Assembly: GCA_964016885.1 (NCBI GenBank)
Contig: OZ024741.1
Coordinates: forward strand, 198,214,001 to 198,278,000
DNA: 64,000 nt
Direction of reading: 5' to 3'
Source: Eledone cirrhosa
Lineage: Eukaryota
The notes beneath the pieces are model-generated. The model did no database searches and was not told the origin of the DNA. It saw only the letters and a program-made list of their open reading frames with translations. Position 1 is the stretch's first letter; each line of letters begins with the position of its first letter. A program made the position numbers and the translations under genes. Of the stretch, positions 12,682 to 26,840 are shown piece by piece.

Positions 12682-15600
12682 TTGAGAGTTGGCTGTTTGA
12701 ACGCGCGTGGCCTGGGCTCAGCTTGGAAGCAAGCAAAGCTTCTAAGTGACCTCAGGTCACAAAGTATAGATGTGATGGTTGTTTGCGAGAGTCGGATCAG
12801 CAGCGTGAGACAGCTGGCGCCCGCCTTCGATGACTTTGAGATGCACGCATCTCTCTGTCAACCCGGAGGCGGGGGGGGGGGAGTTGCCGTACTGCTGGAT
12901 AAACGTCTGACTCTCGACGTACAGATTGTTCACTCGGACCCGGGGGGTCGATTACTGGTGCTGGACGTCGGAGGAGGTGAAGGCGAGGCTTTCAGACTGG
13001 TCGGTCTTTATGCTCCCTTCGGGGCGGAAAGAGCCGACTTCTTCCAGCGTCTGGAGACTTTTCTAGGAACGTCGCGTTCCCTGCTTTTAGTGGGGGACTG
13101 GAATGGAATCCTAGATGCGCGTTGGGACTATGCAGGGGCATGTCCCGATAGAGGGGGGTGTAGCAGCCTCAAGGGGTTACTCGATCGATTCGACCTGGTC
13201 GATAGATTTCGACTAGATTGTCCAACTGCGCCAACCTGGACCTGGGCAAACCGCAGTGGACAATCTAGATCGTACCTAGATAGGTTTTTGGTTAGGAGTA
13301 AGGATAGGGACGTATTTAGTTGTCCAGAACTGATCATGGTTGGCTATTCAGATCACAAATTAGTGACCTGCGTGGTCAACCTTGATAGAACGCATAGACA
13401 GGGTCCCGGTTACTGGAAGATGAACTTGTCCTTGCCGACAAAGAAAGATTACAGAAACCGGATTAGTAGCTTAGTTAAGATGCGGTTGACGGGAGCGATC
13501 GTCAACAGTAGGTGGTGGGTATCTCTAAAGAGAGAGATTAGAGTAAGTTCGATAGGTTACAGTAAGGAACTAGCGGCGAATAGAAATAGGAAGGAAAGGG
13601 AGTTAACAGATAAACTAGAAGAGGCGATTAGGAGCGGAGACGTAGCCAGAGTGTTAGCGGCGAGAACGGGGTTGAGCCAGTTCTTTGACGCGAAGCACGA
13701 AGGCTGCGTTGACCGAAGTAAAATACGTGCTTTAGGAAACGAGGGGACCAAAGCTGTTAGCTGGGCCCGCGTGACAGAAGCCAAGAGTGGGATTAAATCC
13801 ACCATTCGGTCTTTGCGAGACCAGGATGGACGGGTGATCCTTGAACCTGAGCGAATGTGCGAGGCCTTTCAAAGGCACTTTGCTCGACTGTTCGGAGGTG
13901 GCGGGGGGCCGGACGGGGATGCGGACTTCGGTCCATACCTCGACGGTCTACCGCGTCTTTCGAGCGGCGAAGCGGAGTGCTGCGAAAGGCCAATCACAGC
14001 CACTGAAATCGGGGAAGCGCTTAGCCAATGCAGCAGACGCAAATCCCCGGGTCTCGATGGTCTACCATACGAACTTTATTTAGCTATGCCGGTCTTGTTC
14101 TCCGAACTCCTCGAGGCTGTCTATTGCAACTGGCAACAGAACGGGAGAATTCCCTGTTCTGTGACCAAGGGCGTGGTCACGCTAGTGAGGAAGGACGAGA
14201 GCAAGGGGGACGATTTAAGTAACTTTAGGCCCATAACTCTGCTGAATGCAGAGTTACAGATTTTGGCCAAGGTGTTGGCGAAGAGGTTGGCGCTTGTGGT
14301 GGGTGGTTTGGTGGGAGACGCGCAGACATGCGCTATCCCGTCCAGGTCCATTCACGACAACCTCCACCTCATGCGATACATCATAGAGAGGGTTGGCTAC
14401 GAACCCGGCTTTGGTGGGGCCCTGATCAACTTGGATCAATCTAAGGCGTTCGATAGGGTCGACCATGGTTACCTGGATGCGGTGCTAGCGGCGGCGGGCT
14501 TCGGACCCGTTTTCAGGGGCTGGATTTCTGCCATGCACAGTGGCAACATCTACTCTAGGATTAAAGTAAACGGCTACCTCTCGGAGCCGTTTCAAATCAC
14601 CCGATCCATCAGACAGGGGTGCCCCCTCTCCTCCCTTCTGTACGTATTGACTCTCGAGCCACTGCTGCGGAAGTTGGAGTTGCTGCGGGGCATACCCCTG
14701 GAACCGGGATTGCACAAAGCGGTCTCGGCCTATGCCGACGACGTAGCAGTAATGGTGGCGGACGCCTCGTAAATCGGGGCGATCGCCACCCTACTGGAGG
14801 AATACGAAAGGCTGACGGGGGCTAAGCTGAACCAGGACAAGTCAGTCGGTTTGCAACTCGGAACGTGGAGGGGCAAACCGATGCCGTTAGACGGTGTCGT
14901 CGGGCGGTGGACGGAGGGCCCGGTGAAGCTGCTCGGGGTCTGGTTCGGACCGGACCTCCAGGTGGAGAAGAATTGGGGCGAGGTGACGAGCAGGGTGTTT
15001 GCGCTGACCCAGAAGTGGGCCAAGTGCAAACTATCACTGAAAGGTCGGGCGGAGGTGACGAACGCTTACATAGCGTCCGTCATCTACTACCGCCTGACCG
15101 TCGTGCCTTGCCCCAAGGAAAAGCTCACCATCATGGAACGCATGCTCTTCCAGTTCCTCTGGAAGAAGCGGCCTCCCATGGTGAGGAGATCCATCTGCTG
15201 CCAGCACCCTTCGAAAGGAGGGCTGGGTATGCCGTGGCTGTTGATGCGTAGGCACGCATTGAGGCTACGGCATCTACAGGTATTCCTCAACGGTCAGCCG
15301 GTGTGGGCCCCGTTTGTGAGGCGAGCCTTCCCACAGCTCGTCTCGCTCACCGAACTGCAATCCTGGGTGAAGCAAAGACCGAGAAAACTGGGCAACTGGC
15401 ACACCGAGTGTGCCCAGGCGCTCACGGCTATCTGGCAAGCGGACCCGACTGTCAGTGGAGAATCCACCTCGACATTCTATAGAGGGTTGGTGGCTAGCAG
15501 GGGCGACGACACCCTTGGAGAGTCGCTAGGCATGGAGGAGGACGAACTGGCCAGCCTGTTCGGTAGAACTTTCGGCCCGGGACCCATGGACAACTTCCAG

Positions 15601-16113
15601 AGGTCCCTAGCCTGGCAGTGTTACCGGGGGGCTCTGCCCGTTCGAGAAAAGCTCTACAGACACGGGCGCCCAGGCAGGGATCCCGCGAAAAAGATCTGTC
15701 CCAGATGCGTGCGCGACGAGGAAACCGTTGCGCATGCACTGGTACACTGCCCGGGCGTTGCCGATCTGTGGGGCTACGTCGAACGACTGCTGTCGCGTGT
15801 GGCGCCGATTCGATTAACCGCCGAGTCTGTGGTGAACATCAAGCCGCCTCCTCCCTTCAGAAATGAAGCAGAGGCGGTCTTTCTGTGCGTAATAGCCATG
15901 ATGAAAGAGGTTGTGTGGTGGACGCGCCTGAAAGGTCTGAGGTCGGGTGACTTTCTTTCCGGCCATCACCTGGTTTACTTCTTCCGATACCACTTCGGAA
16001 GAAGGATCAGGATGAAGAGAGAAGTGCTTGGTCCCAGACAGTTTTATGAAAGGTGGGTGAAAGAAGCGAGAATGGCCCGTGTAAATGGGCCTTCTCTCTA
16101 CATTGTTCTGTAG
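12682..16113 (+). pseudogene. ORF2: APE endonuclease + reverse transcriptase + CxxC..H..C, with one in-frame TAA at 14770-14772
   Basis: GCLNARGL, GDWN, SYLDRF, SDH, KSPGLDG, FRPITLLN, DQSKAFD, RQGCPLS, AYADD, CPRC..H..HC. Both ORF halves are in the same frame. Confidence 0.9.
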
Positions 16114-16415
16114 GTGAAGAAGTGAAGAGGAAAGGGGGTGCGCCTCCTCTCTGGGCTTCCCCCGCGAAAAGAGTTGCACACTTTTCGGGGGTATGTGCAA
16201 TCCCCAACACGCCCCCTCCCTTTTGAGGACTTTTTATTGTTATATTATTATTGTTATTCCTTTTTTCTTTACTCGATTTATGTAAACTCCCCCACTGTGT
16301 AAATGTCCCCTTCTTTTGTGCCCTCGTGGCAAATAAATAGAAATTTATCTATCTCTATCTCTCCCTCTCTCTATCTATCTATCTATCTATCTCTATCTCT
16401 CTCTCTCTCTCTCTA

Positions 16416-16459
<44 letters not shown>

Positions 16460-16624
16460 CATATAGTTTGGAAAGCTTTTTTCCTTATATTTGTTTTGAA
16501 TGCCCTGTCTTTCAAGATCTTTTCAATCGATACATCTCATCCCAAACCATTTGTAAGGCGTTAAAAATATTTTGAAATTTCTGTTCCATAGTTTACTTAC
16601 TATAACGTCAATAATACACTGCTT

Positions 16625-16740
16625 TTTAAGGCGATCTATCGTTAGAGGGTTGCATATCTGTTCTGGGTCTCCGCGTTGTGAGTTCAAATCTCGCCAAAGT
16701 TGGGGTCGATAAAAAATGTACCAACCTAATGCTGGCACAT
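16625..16740 (+). mobile_element. tRNA-type SINE fragment
   Basis: B-box-like GAGTTCAAATC followed by GGGGTCGATAAAA; same family as 21445-21650. Confidence 0.5.
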
Positions 16741-17499
16741 CCCTCTCTCTTTGCAGCTGTCACAATCTAGATGTTTCGTGGGATTAATGGGGGAAGGGTA
16801 TAAAGAGTATCACGTCTGCTCGCAACTGCATGGGCACCTAAAACCCTTAGTAAACGCATGGTATATACTATAAAATCACACACGATTTCTAGTGACAACA
16901 GTAGTAGTACATTGATTTTGTTGTTCTTCTTGTGTGTTCTCTTAATGATGATGTTGTTAACCTGTGTTGAATTGTACGATTCAGTAATATGAATCAATAT
17001 ATGTTCAATGATACGTTTTCCGTGTTTGTTTTAGTGTTAAATATAATTCTGAGAGTTTGATATTCCACAAATTGTTCAATCTTCGGATAAAACCAAAGCG
17101 TTTACGCTTAGATTGTATATGTGCTTCATTTAATTACTTATTCGAGCCGTCAGAAGTTTCGATAAATGTTGGTCCTGAATAAATTTAATGTTGCTCACAT
17201 TTTAAGTTTTCTTTTCTTTAAAATTGTTTCTATTCTACAATTATGTTACAGTGTATATAGTTAGTGGGCGTGTAACATGTAGAGATTTGTCAGAATCGAT
17301 AATAGGATAGTTTGTTTATAGATGGGTGCTATTGTGTACGTACTATAGAGATGGGTACAGTAAAGAGCTGTTAACTCCGCCGTTCTGATACATGGCGTTT
17401 TGGGGAGCATTTTAAACCTGGTGGCACCCATCCCTCTCCAGCTGGAAACGAAGAAAGAAGGGGAGATGTAGCAATCGCCCTCTGCATTGGTTGGTGGTT

Positions 17500-17625
17500 A
17501 ATATATCGACCTTGAAAGGATGAAAGGCAAAATTGAACTCGACGGGATTTGAACTCAGAATGCAGTGAGCCCGAGCAAATATCGAGGCATTTTTAATCCG
17601 ACACCTATAACAGCTCTGTCAATAC
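17500..17625 (-). mobile_element. tRNA-type SINE fragment
   Basis: Reverse complement of CTGAGTTCAAATCCCGTCGAG..TTTGCCTTTCATCCTTTC..GTCGAT. Confidence 0.6.
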
Positions 17626-17884
17626 TCCCCCTTACTGGGTTGATGATTATATAGTAACATTCAACAATCTTATCTGCATTCTGTAGCTCAACGTTTCCAA
17701 TATATGGTCAGTTCCCTTCAATTAAGTGATAATTACAAACGTCTGAATATCGATTTAACTAATACGATCATGATGTTGGAGTGTGTATGTATGTAGGTAT
17801 GTATGTGTGTATGTATGTAGGTAGGTAGGTAGGTAGGTACGTATGTATGTATGTGTGTGTGTGTGAGTGTGTGTGTGTGTATAC

Positions 17885-18830
17885 GTTGGACCTCCGTCAG
17901 TTCCGACGATGAGTGTTCTACTTGTTTAAATAATGGAATAACCTATTAGTGAAATTAACTTGCAAGTGGCTAAATCCTCTCAAAAATACGTGCATCCTTG
18001 ACATGATTCTCGAGGTGATTCAGCATGGCACAGTATGGGAAAAGGATGACCCTTTGAATTACAGGTATAACACATTTTTAAAACAATACACCTCTGGGAA
18101 TCTAACGCACGACCATACGAACATTCTAACCACTAAGCCGCGTGCCTTCACAATTTCTGTCTGTTTGGACGCATGCATGTACGTGAGCATATATATATAT
18201 ATGCGCGCACGTGTGTGTGTGTGTAGAACAGGTTTCAGATTCGATCCTATTCCATAACATCTTGAGCAAGTGTCCTTTATCATAACCTCGAGTCGACTCA
18301 TATCTAATTGTGACTGGAATTGAGCTGTCTGAACTAAATACCATCCACTGACTGCCATCAGTCTGGGGTCAGTTTGACGTTTCATATATACTAAGGTAAT
18401 TTGAGCCATTTAGTAAATGGAAATGAAATGGGCCCCCATTGGGGTGATGTGTGTTCCGGGTATTTCATCAAGACGCCATACAGTGGGATCGAACCCGGGA
18501 CTTAATGATTGCTTCTTCCACGGTTATTCAATTGAAAAAATATTCAGCTATGTGTTTCCCTTTCATTTACAGACTCGTATTCCTTTATCTTCGTGTAAGT
18601 GGCTTAGCATTCCACATAACGTAATTCTCAATGAGTTTCAGCGTCACGCAGTGAGTGTCAAGGCCAGCCCGTTCAATTACAGGTATAGTCAGACAGGATA
18701 CTAAACAGTTTCCGTCAACCCAATTTTACTCAGAAGGCATGGGTCCATCCAAAGCTATTGGAAATGATACTTGCCTAAGATCGAACCCAAAACTTAATGA
18801 TTGCCAAGGGAACTCCGTGACCGGCCATAC
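17885..18830. repeat. Cluster of degenerate SINE-like repeats
   Basis: Internal similarity between about 17945-18070 and 18590-18690 (GCAAGTGGCT..ATTCTC..TTCAGC..TTACAGG). An inverted GGTTCGAT-type head lies near 18225. Confidence 0.45.
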
Positions 18831-19021
18831 TGCTTTCATATTCATTAAACAGAAAAGGAATATTTAGACATATATTTTTCCTTTCATTTACAGATTCACC
18901 TTCCCCTGTCTACTTTCATTTCTAATTTTTGTCTTCTTTACCATACACAGTACACTAGCTTTATTGTTCCTATCTGTCTTTGAAGTTAATTTGGCACACT
19001 TCAATGTACCTGCCTATTTAC

Positions 19022-19119
<98 letters not shown>

Positions 19120-21444
19120 TTACTTGTCTACGACAGAAGGTTTAATCATCTCTAGAAAACTAGAAAAATTGGCAATTGAAGTTGTTTATCAGAAGTAAAC
19201 TGGAACGGAAAGATTTAGTGACGCCGACTTTTTATCTTCTTTCTACAGGCAAAGTCGAGTTAAATAAATAAATTTTAATTTGCAAAGATAAATTTTAAAG
19301 ATTAGAACAATAAATGCCTTCAGTTTGTGTTCAATTATCATATTGAATATATTAATCAACATTTTCAAAGCTGGTTCTCCAACTGAAGGAATTTCTAGAT
19401 TGACTCTTATCCCCTGTAGATTCGATAGAAGCAGATATTTATCTTGTCTGAATAAGGGCGTGATGTTGTCCATTAGATACACCTTACATTATTGATTATG
19501 ACAGATAAGCGCACTATAAGACGTTCTATTGAGGTGGTTGCTATTTACTGGGTCAATAAATTTCCGTCTACCAGAGGAAAGGTCAGTAGTTCATATCCTA
19601 TCAGTCAAAACATAATTAATGTGGTCAAGTTCAACTATCACAGTGGCTACTTTGTAAAATGGCGACTGTTTTTTGTTCACTCGCAGTGCTAAGTTTATTT
19701 TTTACTGTAGCTACTTTTGAGTGGTGGGGATTAGACTTCGTTAGATTGATATGTTATATTTCCCGAAGTCGAAGGTTTTAATGATATTCATAAAATTCAG
19801 TGGCGTTTATCACTAAAGTAAAAAATTTGAATCACAAATCTGAATAAGCAACTAATTCCTTTGGGGGGAAAAATAGAATTATCACAACTACCTATTCCCT
19901 ACCCTAAGATAGGCGACAATTGTTCAGACAAAAGGTACAACAATTATGGCGAGTGTAATAAAACAAGTGGTTGACTTTATGTGTCCATTTCACGAAGTTG
20001 TTTCAAGCCAGTTTACTCCATTAATACTGCTGGTATCTTTGGAAACATTATAAACATCAAATAATTCGAACACATGATCTAGCCATCCGTTAATTCTATC
20101 AGAGATATGGTATTGTGTCGGTTAACATCACAGTGAGATTACTTTCTGTTGAGCTGAAGTGTTTCCTCAAGACGCAAATATCTACAAAGTAGTACAGAAG
20201 ACCAATTGTTGATCACCCTCGCTAACTTTCTATGGCACCAGAAAAAGAATGAATATTAATATATTCTGGTGTCTTATTGCGGTGGGTTCGAGCGATTAGC
20301 AGCAGTTCTAGATATTATGATAAGGAAAATAAATTCGTTACGAGAAACTGGAATTATAACTATCACCCACTCTCTTAATTAGCTAGATTTATAGCCTTTA
20401 TAAATAGAATGATTTTCTGTCTGCACGTTTAAAGCGTAACTACTATTTATTTATCTCACATAACCTTTCATTTCCTTTCATTTTTTACTTCCAAACTTGT
20501 TCAACACCATTTATCCGATTCCTTTCACTCGCAACTTTATAGCTAACAGCTATCCTATATTCCCTTAATAGGGGCATCTAGCTAATAGCATTCGTGCAAA
20601 TAGCAACACTAAAATCCAAATTATGGCTTTAAAATCAAGCCTGATGGAAATTTCAAAATTAAAAGCATAACTGTTCTTCAAATTCTAGGTATTCCGAGGA
20701 GGCCTACAAAATCTGCCTAATTAAATCTACCTCATAATCAAAAGTCTTTCTCTTCTAATCTTTGGAACAAAAGCAATACCCATGCCTCGTATATCGATAT
20801 GTTTGATATTCTACCAGTCATGAATACATGTAAAACATTGGATAGAAGAAAGGTGCAGGTCTACGAAGGAAGAGTTGGATAAAGTGTTTTGTAGAGAAGG
20901 CAAGAAGTGGGTGATGCCGATACACCAAAATGTATGCAGATTTCTTGAAACTGTTCTATTAACAGTAGAAGAGACAGAAAAGAAAACGTATTGGTGAGCC
21001 ATTAAGTTATAGCGTGTTGATAAGAGAATTATGATAGTAATTTGTCTAATCATTTGCAGAACTAAAATACATCTCATTTAGACTATACCGGAAAGATGAA
21101 AAGCAAAGTTGAATATATACAATAGCATATTTTGCCAAAATGCTACCAATTCTGCCAATTCACCATCCTTCGTCAGGTGAAAATATTTGTATATATTTCT
21201 ATACACAAGGACCTTTGTACTTAGAAGTGAGTATTGAAATGCTGCGTCGTGCGGCATCACCGGTGTAAGAGAAGAAGAAGAATTTCAACCAACAATTGGA
21301 ACAGCTTATCCGTGTCCTCGACATGCTAAGAAAAAATATAACAATTATTTCATTAAAGTGTAAGGTTAAATTCAATAAAATTTAACAAAGCAAAAAAAAA
21401 CACTCCTTTTCTATTCAAACGTATGCAATAAAATGCATTTTTAA

Positions 21445-21650
21445 GGGCGGTGGATTGGCAGAATTGGTAGAACGTTGGATAAAATGTCATTGCAGTATTA
21501 GTTCCAGCTCTTTCATTCTGAGTTTAAATCTGAGTTTAAATCCCACTAAGGTCAACTTTGCCTTTCATCCTTCCGGAGTTGATAAAATAAGGTACCGGTC
21601 GAGCTACTTTCTCTTTAAGTATGTTGGCCTTGTGCCTAAATTATGAATCA
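21445..21650 (+). mobile_element. tRNA-type SINE
   Basis: A-box-like TGGCAGAATTGG, B-box-like GAGTTTAAATCC and body GGTCAACTTTGCCTTTCATCCTT. Related copies at 21085-21160 (minus), 24235-24360 (plus) and 35480-35700 (minus). Confidence 0.65.
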
Positions 21651-21654
21651 ATAA

Positions 21655-22030
21655 AATATATTTATGGATTTCTCTGTGCTGGAAGCTGTTCATAATAGAG
21701 GAGAGTCAATTGTTAGAACAGAAATCTAGCAAAGCCTCTCCATTCGTATTTAGATCGGGTTCGCTATTCCTTCCAGTCACACCTTTCCATGTCAAGTGGT
21801 CAGTGCCAACATGTGTATTGAAGTCTGCCATAAGGATATATAACTCAGTCTTAACTACATCTAACGCTGCAGTGACTTCATCAAGGAAGACCCTGTATTC
21901 GGGCTATTTGTTTAGTGCATAAACTTGCACCGCCCACAGAGATCTATCTTTCAGCCTAAGCTGCAAGAAGCAAATCCTTCCTCCTAACGGAATCCAGTCC
22001 ATAACACATTCTGACAGCCGGTAGTATCTA
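21655..22030 (-). pseudogene. RTE-type APE endonuclease fragment, inverted relative to the adjacent RT fragment
   Basis: Minus-strand reading WIPLGGRICFLQLRL..VQVYA..ILMADFNTHVG..NGEALLDFC. Confidence 0.65.
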
Positions 22031-22033
22031 GCC

Positions 22034-22905
22034 TCCTCCATTAATTCCTGCAAGGGTGCGTACTGTCACCTCTCCTGTTCATTATTTACATGAACAGGAT
22101 TGACATGCGCAGCCGGGTTGGATGTGGTGTCATGACAGGCGAGTGTAAAATCAGTCGGCTGGAATTTGCAGACGACATGGAGTTACTTAACTCGACAGAA
22201 GATGATCTCGATAGGTTTGATGCCGAGTGCTGCATGACTGGAATGAAAGTCAGTGCTGCGAAAACTGAGACGCTCGTTCTCTCAGGGAAGACTGCGCCGA
22301 GCACTCTACATGTAAATGGAGTTCCACTGAAGCACAGAGAAGTTAAAGTATCTCGGGTCCTTGTTCACTGTGTGATGGAAGGCTGGAGGCTTAATTAAGT
22401 GCAAGAATTGTAGGAGCTGGTGCAGTAATGCGCCAGCTTCAGCATTCAGTAATCAGAAAAAGGGAGGTAGGCGTAAACGCCAAACTCGCTATCTTCAATT
22501 CGGTTTTCGTGCCAACCCTTATCTATAGTCATGAATCTTGGGTAATGACCAAAAGAATACAAGCTGCCGAAATGGGGTTCCTCTGAAATGTCTTTCGAGT
22601 AACGTTACTCGATAGACTGCGTAGCTTAGAGATCAGAGGGTCACTCCAGGTAGAGCCGCTACTTCTCCGAATTAAGAGATCACAGCACCGGTACTGTGGG
22701 CATGTGGTTAGAATGTCTCAAGAAAGAATCGCTGGACAGATTTTACGAGCAAAACCAACCGGTAAGAGACCCTGGGGTAGACCCCGAGCAAGATGGTTAG
22801 ATAATATCAATGAGCTTGGCTGATCTCGCTTGGGGATCCAGCCAGATCAGTTGGAGATGGTTAGTTCAAGCAGGACCTGCTGGAAGGAGTGTTTGAGGAC
22901 TCTGC
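22034..22905 (+). mobile_element. Degenerate RTE LINE RT / 3' fragment
   Basis: GCVLSPLLFIIYMN, LEFADD and a ..GHVVRM..GKRP.GRPR-like region. 3'-end copies lie at 24405-24702 and 25305-25490 with (GAA)n tails. Confidence 0.8.
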
Positions 22906-24404
22906 ATTCCGCGGCGGAGCGTATTCTACTCGGCAAAACTGAAAAGTGATCAGTAGAGGGAATATATTGACTGTGATAATGAATGTCGGTGATATGACTA
23001 AGGAAGGTTATCTAAGAGATGCGTCTGGACGCTAAATACACATGTCGTGGGGTTTCCCGTGTGTAATATAGTGAGTTGAAAAGACTTCGATAACTGAGGT
23101 TATCCATACAATTGGTAGATAAAACCTCCCTCTAACTGATCTTTATTGAATTATCTCCATCATTTTTTTTTTTTAAACAGCCTTCGAGGGAGTTTTTTCT
23201 ACTAAATGCAAAGACACGTGTCGTTAAAGATCAAACCTATATAGGTTTAGCTGACTTCCCACGAAGTCTCATAGGAGCTTTTTCGGGTGTTTTCATGGTA
23301 GAGGTTTCAGAAAAGACCTGAACCGGACGCCAGTCTGTTGCAGGGGTTGACCCCCCAGCTTCTGCTAATACTTTTCCAATTGACATACCCGCAGAAAAGT
23401 GGAATGAAGATCTGGATCAAGAACACAACGTACTGCCTGATCCAAGAATCGAACACATGACCTTATTATCGTGAGTTCAGTACTCTAATCACTAAGTGAG
23501 GCATGATAAATCTCAGCTAATAGAAATGTTCTAACTCTCCATATTACATACGTAATATATAACGAATTGGCAAAGTATAACTGTTTCTACTTTTGGCACA
23601 AGGCCAGCAATTACCAAGTGCATTACTGGTACTTTATTTTATCTAGAATGCTTTGCGCTATTTGTTCCAACTCTCTTAGTTCTCTAAGTCGACTTTGCTT
23701 TTCTTTTTTTCGAAATCAATAAAAAAGAGTCTATCAATTCAGTACTGGGTTCGATTCTCTCTCTCTCTCTCTCTCCCTCTCTCTCTCTCCCCCCCCCCTC
23801 TCTCTCTCTCTCTCTCTCACTCTCTCTCTCTCTCTCAATCTATCTATCTAGCTATTTGTCTCTCTCTTCTGAAAGAAATCGGCTGTGTTCAGACCTGTGT
23901 CCCCCTGTGGTATCGTCCTTCCGCCATATTACTAGAAGTAGGAAGATATCTGATTGAATCTCACTATTTTATAAACATTGCATTAAATTTTATGCCATCA
24001 ATCTTTATATCACTTAGGTATTCTTGATAGAATGTCACCAATTTTTTTTTTATAAATCATAAAATATCTACCCATCTTATTTTTTTTCGCAGTAAACCTC
24101 TTAAGCCTATATTTTAAAAATTGATGAATTTTCCTAAATCCATTCGTCCGTATGCTTTTTGCTTCTGGTTTTTATTCATATTATCTATTATTATTTATTT
24201 ATTTATTTATGCTTTCTAGCATAGTTACGTCCCTTTACAGTCTGAGTTCAAATCCCGCCGAGGTTAACTTTGCCTTTCATCCTTACGGGGTCGATAAAAT
24301 AAAGTAGCAGTAATGTACTGGGTAATTGCTGGCCTTGTTCCTAAAGTAGAAACAATTATTTATTTATTTATTTATTTATTTATCTTATTTCCCTTCCTGC
24401 ATAA

Positions 24405-24702
24405 ACTGTAACCTAAGAGATCAGAGAGTCACTCCAGGTAGAGCCGCTACTTCTCCGAATTAAGAGATCACAGCTCCAATACTATGGACATGTGGTTAGA
24501 ATGTCTCAGGAAAGAATCGGAGATTTTACGGGCAAAACCAGTCGGCAGGAGACCTTGGGGTATACCCAGAGCAAGATTGTTGGATAATATCCATGAGCTT
24601 GACTGGTCACGCTAGGGGATCCAGCCAGATCAGTTGGAGAAGGTTACTTCAACCAGAACCCTCTAGAAGAAGAAGAAGAAGAAGAAGAAGAAGAAGAAGA
24701 AG
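24405..24702 (+). mobile_element. 3' fragment of the same RTE family with a (GAA)n tail
   Basis: High similarity to 22620-22870. Confidence 0.7.
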
Positions 24703-24894
24703 ATATCTTTATCAATGAATTAAGTAAATAACGTCGAAAAATATTCCTCAAGCCACTGTAACATTTTTTGGCACGAAAACGACAACCACTCGGGCGGGCT
24801 AGGAAACTGAAAATAATGTAGCACGCATAGCACAGATCAATAAGGTTGTATTCAAGTTTTATATAGATATATGTGTGTGTATGTGTGTGTGTGC

Positions 24895-25007
<113 letters not shown>

Positions 25008-25543
25008 CGTGCGCGTGCGTGTGTGTGTGCGTGTGCGTGTGCGTGTGCGTGTGCGTGTGTGTGTGTGATATAAACAAATTTACACACGAAAAAACAGATA
25101 CGGACGGCAGACAAACAAATCATCTATTTTCCCCGTCAGCGAACTTCTGCAAATATTATTTCGTGCGAAAACTATACAAACTCTAGCTTATTGTTGTATC
25201 GGTACCGAGTGAGTAAGCATCATCAATGACGGGTTAAATTGCTCAAACACAACCTCTGAAGTTCTCACATGGCTACTGAGATAACTTATATATGATTATT
25301 ATACAGGAGACCCAGGGGTAGACCCTGAACAAGATGGCTGGATAACATCCATGAGCTCGGCTGGTCTCGCTTGTGGATCCAGCCGGATCAGTTGGAGACG
25401 GTTGCTTCTGACAGGAATCGATAGGAGCGTTTAAAGACCCTTCCCCCACGACCCTCTCAGGATTAAGTGGGCAAAGAAGCGAAGAAGAAACATAGGCGGC
25501 GAATTGACAGGGTCCTTCTGGCTCTCTGTTTTCTAATTTTAAA

Positions 25544-25596
<53 letters not shown>

Positions 25597-25746
25597 TTAC
25601 CTTTGTTGACACTGCAATGTAATTATCTCACCATTGAGTGTGAAAAGAATTATTAATAATTCAAAGTTTGTAATGTCATAGATGTATGTAAAGCATACAA
25701 TTGATATTTGGTTTCTTTGGTTCGGTATATATATATATATATATAC

Positions 25747-25829
<83 letters not shown>

Positions 25830-25874
25830 TAAACAAATAATGAACAAACAATTCCTTATATTAAACAAAAAAAG

Positions 25875-26029
25875 TTCACTATTTAACGATCGTTTCTAGG
25901 GTATATATGTGTTATAATTGGTATGCATATTTAACAGATCTATGTACAAAATTATACAAAATTATACAAATTATCAAGATTAAATATACATACCTAACTC
26001 ATATATACGCCGTCTTCAGAAATAATGAA
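25875..26029 (-). ncRNA. Hammerhead ribozyme with a long stem-II insertion, at the 3' end of the minus-strand PLE
   Basis: ttcattattt-CTGAAGA-cggcgtatatatg..(about 90 nt)..catatatacccta-GAAA-cgatcg-TT-aaatagtgaa. Confidence 0.65.
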
Positions 26030-26801
26030 GTATATTTATTGATAATAACAACAATTCAAAATATCAGTTCAAAATTGACCAATGAAAACACAAAGGGTTA
26101 AAAGCAGTTTGGTGTGTGTATATACATGTAAAAACCTTACACATATTTTACAATAATGTGTGTATAATTTGTATGTGCATACTAAAAAGATGGATGTAAA
26201 CACAAAATTTCAAGGTTAATATCTCTGTAAGCTTAATGCGCTGATAAGATACGCAATGATACTTATGGAGTCAAGCATATAAATATATTTTTTTCATACT
26301 CACACATATCAGTATAATCACACATACATGTGCGTATATGCATAAACATACACATAACCACGAACATACAATCACACACACTCCCCCACTCACATTTATA
26401 TATGTGGATATAAAATCATAAGCAAATAGAAATTAAGTCACTCACATAAAAACACTGGTACACACATTTCAAGATCAAGATACAGAAATTAGGTGGGAGG
26501 GGGGGGGGGGGAGGGGTCAGTATTAGATTGTCAGACCAGACAGCCTAATATAAATGTATCTATAAATTAAGAAAAATAAAAAAATAAAAACAATAAAATA
26601 TAATAAATATATTATAATGTACATACACATACAGGTATACATACACTTACATACATGTACGCGCACATAGAGATATCTACACATACATACATACACACAT
26701 ACCTATACTGTCATACACACACATACATTTACACGAACATATACATACACATATAAAAAGATATAAATACACACACACTCACGCGCAACACATACACACA
26801 T

Positions 26802-26840
<39 letters not shown>

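Larger units (their letters stand above)
10656..16345 (+). mobile_element. Near-full-length Tx1/L1-clade non-LTR retrotransposon flanked by (TATC)n/(TC)n
   Basis: ORF1 with a CCHC knuckle and ORF2 with APE, RT and a C-terminal Cys motif. The polyA signal abuts the microsatellite. Confidence 0.92.

Noticed and set aside
14770-14772. Programmed readthrough in Tx1 ORF2
   Set aside because: A single TAA just after the YADD motif is more simply a nonsense mutation or a sequencing error.
19150-21080. Unique-looking sequence as host exons or regulatory DNA
   Set aside because: No convincing ORF, splice pattern or motif can be supported from the sequence alone.
21445-21560. tRNA gene
   Set aside because: Only A/B-box-like motifs with no cloverleaf. 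It continues into a SINE body found in several copies.
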